From positions 1,335 to 65,334 of the forward strand of contig JAIPBJ010000004.1 in assembly GCA_021739625.1 (NCBI GenBank): a DNA stretch of 64,000 nucleotides, in the 5' to 3' direction. Source of the DNA: Flavobacteriales bacterium. Lineage in GTDB: Bacteria; Bacteroidota; Bacteroidia; UBA10329. Under the pieces are notes generated by a model that had not been told where the DNA came from, made no database searches, and saw nothing but the letters and a program-made list of their open reading frames with translations. The first letter of the stretch is position 1. Each line of letters begins with the position of its first letter. Positions 60,226-64,000 of the stretch are shown here, in pieces. The position numbers and the translations under genes are program-made.

Positions 60226-61820
60226 CCCACCACCACCACCCGCTGCACCGACATCCCGGTGCCGTTGTCAAGCGAGAGCGTGTAAGGCCCCGGGGCCAGA
60301 CCCGATACGGTGTGGACGGTTCCTGTGAAACGCTGCTCCGATACCCGTTTTCCCTGCGCATCCATCACAGTAAGGACCCAATTGCCCGGGGCAGTGGTAC
60401 GCACCGCGAAATCGCTGACAGCAGGATTGGGATGCACAAGGAACAACTGCCGCCCTCCCGGCCCGGTCAGGCCTATGGGCTCGCACGGATCGGCTGCGGG
60501 GTTCAGCGCGGCCGCCATGTCCAACCGCTTTCCGATCTTGCCTGCATAGTCGCTGTTGGTGCCCATGGCCTCTATGTCCACCGCGCTGGCCAGAAGAAGG
60601 TCGGCTGTTTCAAGGGCGGTCAGGCAGGTGAACTGCGACCGCACGAGTCCTGCCGCGCCCGACACCTGCGGGGCCGCATAGCTTGTGCCGCCCGTGGTGG
60701 TATAGATGGGACTGGCGCCCGGGGTGCCGCCCAGCGTGGCCGTGCTGAACACGTAGAAGCCCTGTGCGCACAGATCCACACTGTCGGCCCAAGTGAAGGT
60801 GGGATTGCTGCCGTTGTTGAACACATCGCTGTTGTGAACCCCGGTGACGCTCAGTGCGTTGGCGAAGGATGCTGGGTAACGGAACTCTTCGAAGGGCTCA
60901 TTGCCAGCTGCGGCCACCACCAGTGCGTCCATGTTGAAGGTGGCATAATTCACTACATCCTGACCCAGATTGCTGAAGGTGGTGGTGCCCCAAGAGCAGT
61001 TGATGACCTTGCAATCGCGGTCGGCACAATAGGTGATGGCCTCATAGCCATCGGCCGTGGAAATCTCCCCTATACTGTTGCCGATCTTCACCGGCAGATA
61101 CTTGCAGTTGTAACCCACGCCTGCGATGCCGATGCCGTTGTCGGTCGAGGCCGATTGCACCGCCAGCACGCCCGTGCCGTGCCAGTTGTTGGCCACGAAC
61201 AGGTTGTTGTCGTTGCTCTCAATGTCCCAGCCGGCATAGTTGTCAATGAATCCGTCCAGGTCGTTGTCCGCCCCGTCAATGGTGTCGCCCCAATTGTATT
61301 TGAGGTTGTCCTGCAGGTCCTGATGCAGCAGGTCGAAGCTGGTGTCGGTGATGCCGATGACCACGTTGGTGTCGCCCTGCGAAACATCCCAGGCAGCGAA
61401 GGCACCGATTTGGACAAGGTGGTCCTGCGAACCGATGGAAGGGTCGTTGGGCGTGCTGAACGATATGGAGTAGGTGGTATGTTCCACCCAGTCGAAGCGT
61501 CCTGAGGCCATCAGCTTCGCGGTGGCGGCCCGCAGGTCGGCATGGGGTGGCAGATGAAGGCGGAAGGTGCGCGTCAGATCGGCCCATGCATTGCCACGGT
61601 CATCGGTGCGGCCATCGGGTGCTTCGGCCCTTGGGAACATCTGCCGCACGCTTTGCACTTCCATCCCTGCGAATGTTTCCCATTGCGCCCCATCGCGGAG
61701 CAGATTCTGTTTGAATTCGGGTCTTATTTTGAGGATGATGATGCCCGGAACGATGTCTGTCTGTGCAAGGGCAGCGAAGGGGATCAGCAGCAGGAGCAGT
61801 GCGATGGGAAGGTTTCTCAT
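60219..61820 (-). CDS. Secreted S8 (subtilisin-like) peptidase with T9SS C-terminal domain
   Basis: GITDT (D), HGTGV (H), GTSYAAP (S). The C-terminus ...GPYTLSLDNGTGMSVQRVVVVGH is a Por CTD. Confidence 0.85.
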   Translation of the reverse strand: MRNLPIALLLLLIPFAALAQTDIVPGIIILKIRPEFKQNLLRDGAQWETFAGMEVQSVRQMFPRAEAPDGRTDDRGNAWADLTRTFRLHLPPHADLRAATAKLMASGRFDWVEHTTYSISFSTPNDPSIGSQDHLVQIGAFAAWDVSQGDTNVVIGITDTSFDLLHQDLQDNLKYNWGDTIDGADNDLDGFIDNYAGWDIESNDNNLFVANNWHGTGVLAVQSASTDNGIGIAGVGYNCKYLPVKIGNSIGEISTADGYEAITYCADRDCKVINCSWGTTTFSNLGQDVVNYATFNMDALVVAAAGNEPFEEFRYPASFANALSVTGVHNSDVFNNGSNPTFTWADSVDLCAQGFYVFSTATLGGTPGASPIYTTTGGTSYAAPQVSGAAGLVRSQFTCLTALETADLLLASAVDIEAMGTNSDYAGKIGKRLDMAAALNPAADPCEPIGLTGPGGRQLFLVHPNPAVSDFAVRTTAPGNWVLTVMDAQGKRVSEQRFTGTVHTVSGLAPGPYTLSLDNGTGMSVQRVVVVGH

Positions 61821-61850
61821 GGCGGGATGGTTTGACGGGATGAAGTTAGC

Positions 61851-62306
61851 TCAATCGCCCGTGAGCTGGGTGTGGGTGGGTATGGCATCCAGAAAGTGCA
61901 GCGCCCCGTCCTGCACACGGCAGCAGAAGTGCTGCATCCCATTGCTGATGAGCAGATGCCCTGCCTGTATGTGACGGTTGTAGCGGCCGGCCTGAAAGAG
62001 GGTCTCGCGGTTCAAAGGCTCATCGGGGGCCTTGCATTCCACCAGCATGAGGGCAGTGCCCTGGCTGTCGTGGATGCTGATGTCGGCCCGCTGCGTGCGC
62101 GCTCCGCCCTTCACCTGCCGTTCCATCCTCATCAGCGATAGCGGATGGCCCAGACCGTGGTGCAGGTGGGCCGTCAGATGCTGCCGCACCCATTCTTCGG
62201 GCGTCAGCACCACCCATTTCCTGCGCACCATGCACAGCACCATGGGCCGGCCATCGCGCATCTCAGTGCGCAGTGGGCAGGCGGGGAGGTTGAGCGGTGG
62301 GAACAT
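61851..62306 (-). CDS. Stand-alone HsdR-N (type I restriction enzyme R N-terminal-like) domain protein
   Basis: From MFPPLNL; the ECKAP...L block resembles PD-(D/E)xK of the HsdR_N family. Confidence 0.5.
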   Translation of the reverse strand: MFPPLNLPACPLRTEMRDGRPMVLCMVRRKWVVLTPEEWVRQHLTAHLHHGLGHPLSLMRMERQVKGGARTQRADISIHDSQGTALMLVECKAPDEPLNRETLFQAGRYNRHIQAGHLLISNGMQHFCCRVQDGALHFLDAIPTHTQLTGD

Positions 62307-62420
62307 TTGCGCGCCACTTTGGTTTTCTGACCGAGGCCCTGCGAATGTACACCCCACTCATCATTCCCCACTCCGAACCCCCAACTTCCAACTCCGCACT
62401 TCCAACCCTAATTTAGCCGC

Positions 62421-63134
62421 ATGTCCGAAGTCATCCGCACAGAGCATCTTGCCAAGGTCTATCGCATGGGCACCGAAGAGGTCCACGCCCTCCGCGATGT
62501 GAGCATCACCATCCGAAAAGGCGAATATGTCGCCCTCATGGGCCCATCGGGGTCGGGCAAATCCACCCTCATGAACATGCTGGGCTGCCTCGGCACCCCG
62601 GCATCGGGCCACTATTACCTCAGCGGGCAGGACGTGAGCCGCATGAACGACAACCAACTGGCCGAGGTGCGCAACAAGCAGATCGGCTTCGTGTTCCAGA
62701 CCTTCAATCTGCTGCCCCGTTCCACCGCGCTCGACAACGTGTGCCTGCCCCTCATCTATGCCGGAAAGCCCAAGGGCGAGCGCTTGGTCCGTGGCCGTCA
62801 GGTGATGGAGCAGGTGGGCCTGGCCGACCGCATGGACCATCGTCCCAACGAACTCTCGGGCGGTCAGCGCCAACGCGTGGCCGTGGCCCGCGCTCTGGTA
62901 AACCACCCCGCCATGCTGCTGGCCGATGAACCCACCGGAAACCTCGACTCCAGAACATCGGTCGAGATCATGGGCCTCTTCGAAGAGATCCACCGCAATG
63001 GCAACACCATCATCGTGGTGACCCACGAGGAGGAGATCGCACAGCACGCCCACCGCATCATTCGCCTCAAGGACGGCCTCGTGGAAAGTGACGTGCCCAA
63101 TAGCAGCATCACCACCGTACTGCAGCGCGCATGA
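62421..63134 (+). CDS. ABC transporter ATP-binding protein (MacB/LolD-type)
   Basis: [28 protein letters not shown]. Confidence 0.85.
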   Translation: MSEVIRTEHLAKVYRMGTEEVHALRDVSITIRKGEYVALMGPSGSGKSTLMNMLGCLGTPASGHYYLSGQDVSRMNDNQLAEVRNKQIGFVFQTFNLLPRSTALDNVCLPLIYAGKPKGERLVRGRQVMEQVGLADRMDHRPNELSGGQRQRVAVARALVNHPAMLLADEPTGNLDSRTSVEIMGLFEEIHRNGNTIIVVTHEEEIAQHAHRIIRLKDGLVESDVPNSSITTVLQRA

Positions 63135-63679
63135 AGATTTATACCCGCACTGGCGACAAGGGTACTACCGGCCTCTTCGGAGGTGCGCGCGTGCCCAAGC
63201 ACCATATCCGAATCGAGAGCTATGGCACGGTCGATGAGCTCAACTCCTATATCGGCCTGGTGCGCCACCGCCCCATCGACCCCCGGCAGCAGGAGGTGCT
63301 GGCCGAGGTGCAGGACCGCCTTTTCACCATCGGCTCCATACTTGCATCTGACCCCGCCAAGAAAAACCTCAGTGTGCCCGACCTCCATCAGGCCGATGTA
63401 GAGCTGCTCGAACACGAGATTGACCGGATGAACACCGCCCTGCCCGAAATGCGCTCCTTCATCCTGCCGGGCGGCAACGATACCGTGGCCTTCATTCACA
63501 TCGCCCGATGCGTGTGCCGAAGGGCCGAACGCCTCACCGTGCTGCTCCATCAGAACGAACCCGTTGAACCCTTGGTGCTCACCTACCTCAACCGTCTCTC
63601 CGATTACCTTTTCGTCCTTGCCAGATTTGCCGCACAGCATGATGGCGTGCCCGAAGTGCCTTGGAGACCCCGAAAATAA
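63131..63679 (+). CDS. PduO-type ATP:cob(I)alamin adenosyltransferase
   Basis: [15 protein letters not shown] start and the conserved [15 protein letters not shown] blocks. Confidence 0.85.
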   Translation: MKIYTRTGDKGTTGLFGGARVPKHHIRIESYGTVDELNSYIGLVRHRPIDPRQQEVLAEVQDRLFTIGSILASDPAKKNLSVPDLHQADVELLEHEIDRMNTALPEMRSFILPGGNDTVAFIHIARCVCRRAERLTVLLHQNEPVEPLVLTYLNRLSDYLFVLARFAAQHDGVPEVPWRPRK

Positions 63680-63795
63680 ACGGTTTCATCGGCCACAGCC
63701 ATTTTTTCATCGGGGCATTCGTTCAGTTCATGGAATTTTTAGCTTTGCGCAAATTCCCAAGGGGAGGCTATGCCCTTTGATAAACGTCAAGCACA

Positions 63796-64000
63796 TGTAT
63801 TGGACACTCGAACTCGCATCAAAATTGGAAGATGCTCCATGGCCCGCCAATAAGGACGAGCTTATCGACTTCGCCATGCGTTCTGGCGCTCCCATGGAGG
63901 TCATCGAGAACCTTCAGGAGATTGAGGACGATGGCGAGATCTTCGAGACCATCGAAGACGTGTGGCCCGACTATCCATCGAAAGAGGACTTCTTTTTCAA
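63796..64000 (+). CDS. DUF2795-like small acidic protein. The C-terminus may extend beyond the window end.
   Basis: WPANKDELIDFAMRSGAPMEVIENLQ motif. Confidence 0.45.

Noticed and set aside
60222-61505. 427-aa + strand ORF
   Set aside because: It is antisense to the S8 peptidase gene.

Overview
This is a high-G+C window (about 60-70% in most genes, sampled by eye) with Bacteroidota hallmarks: T9SS C-terminal sorting domains, MlaE/MlaF, XrtF-like, DUF4834 and DUF5522 families. I cannot assign a genus. Most of the window is ordinary chromosome, dense with genes on both strands. It carries hisA, ispD, carB, ribE, ltaE, secA, mutS, folK, sppA, crcB, a POT peptide transporter next to a DPP-IV-like S9 peptidase, a D-Ala-D-Ala carboxypeptidase, and a deoxynucleoside kinase. 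It also carries tRNA-Leu(UAA) and tRNA-Gly(GCC), and five secreted proteins ending in T9SS C-terminal domains. The start of the window holds a cytochrome c operon: a NosD-like beta-helix protein, a di-haem peroxidase and a di-haem cytochrome c. Several regions are not explained by the ordinary gene set. (1) A 68-bp direct repeat duplicating the hisA 5' end brackets a 735-bp cassette with DUF1640-like and antitoxin-like genes. An array of about six 22-bp palindromic iteron-like tandem repeats and an AT-rich orphan gene follow. (2) A roughly 750-bp block of two interleaved 42-bp tandem repeat families (8 + 7 copies, each with internal dyad symmetry) lies upstream of a TlpA-like gene. (3) A lower-G+C (about 50%) two-gene module encodes a Cys-rich lipoprotein and a 554-aa cytoplasmic protein whose C-terminal half carries motifs of the guanidino-group-modifying enzyme fold. 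Two paralogous ~495-aa all-helical proteins sit near it. (4) A second AT-rich stretch holds orphan small ORFs. (5) A DUF4258/YgiT toxin-antitoxin-like pair. Many long ORFs in the six-frame track are antisense shadows of real genes or artefacts of the tandem repeats.
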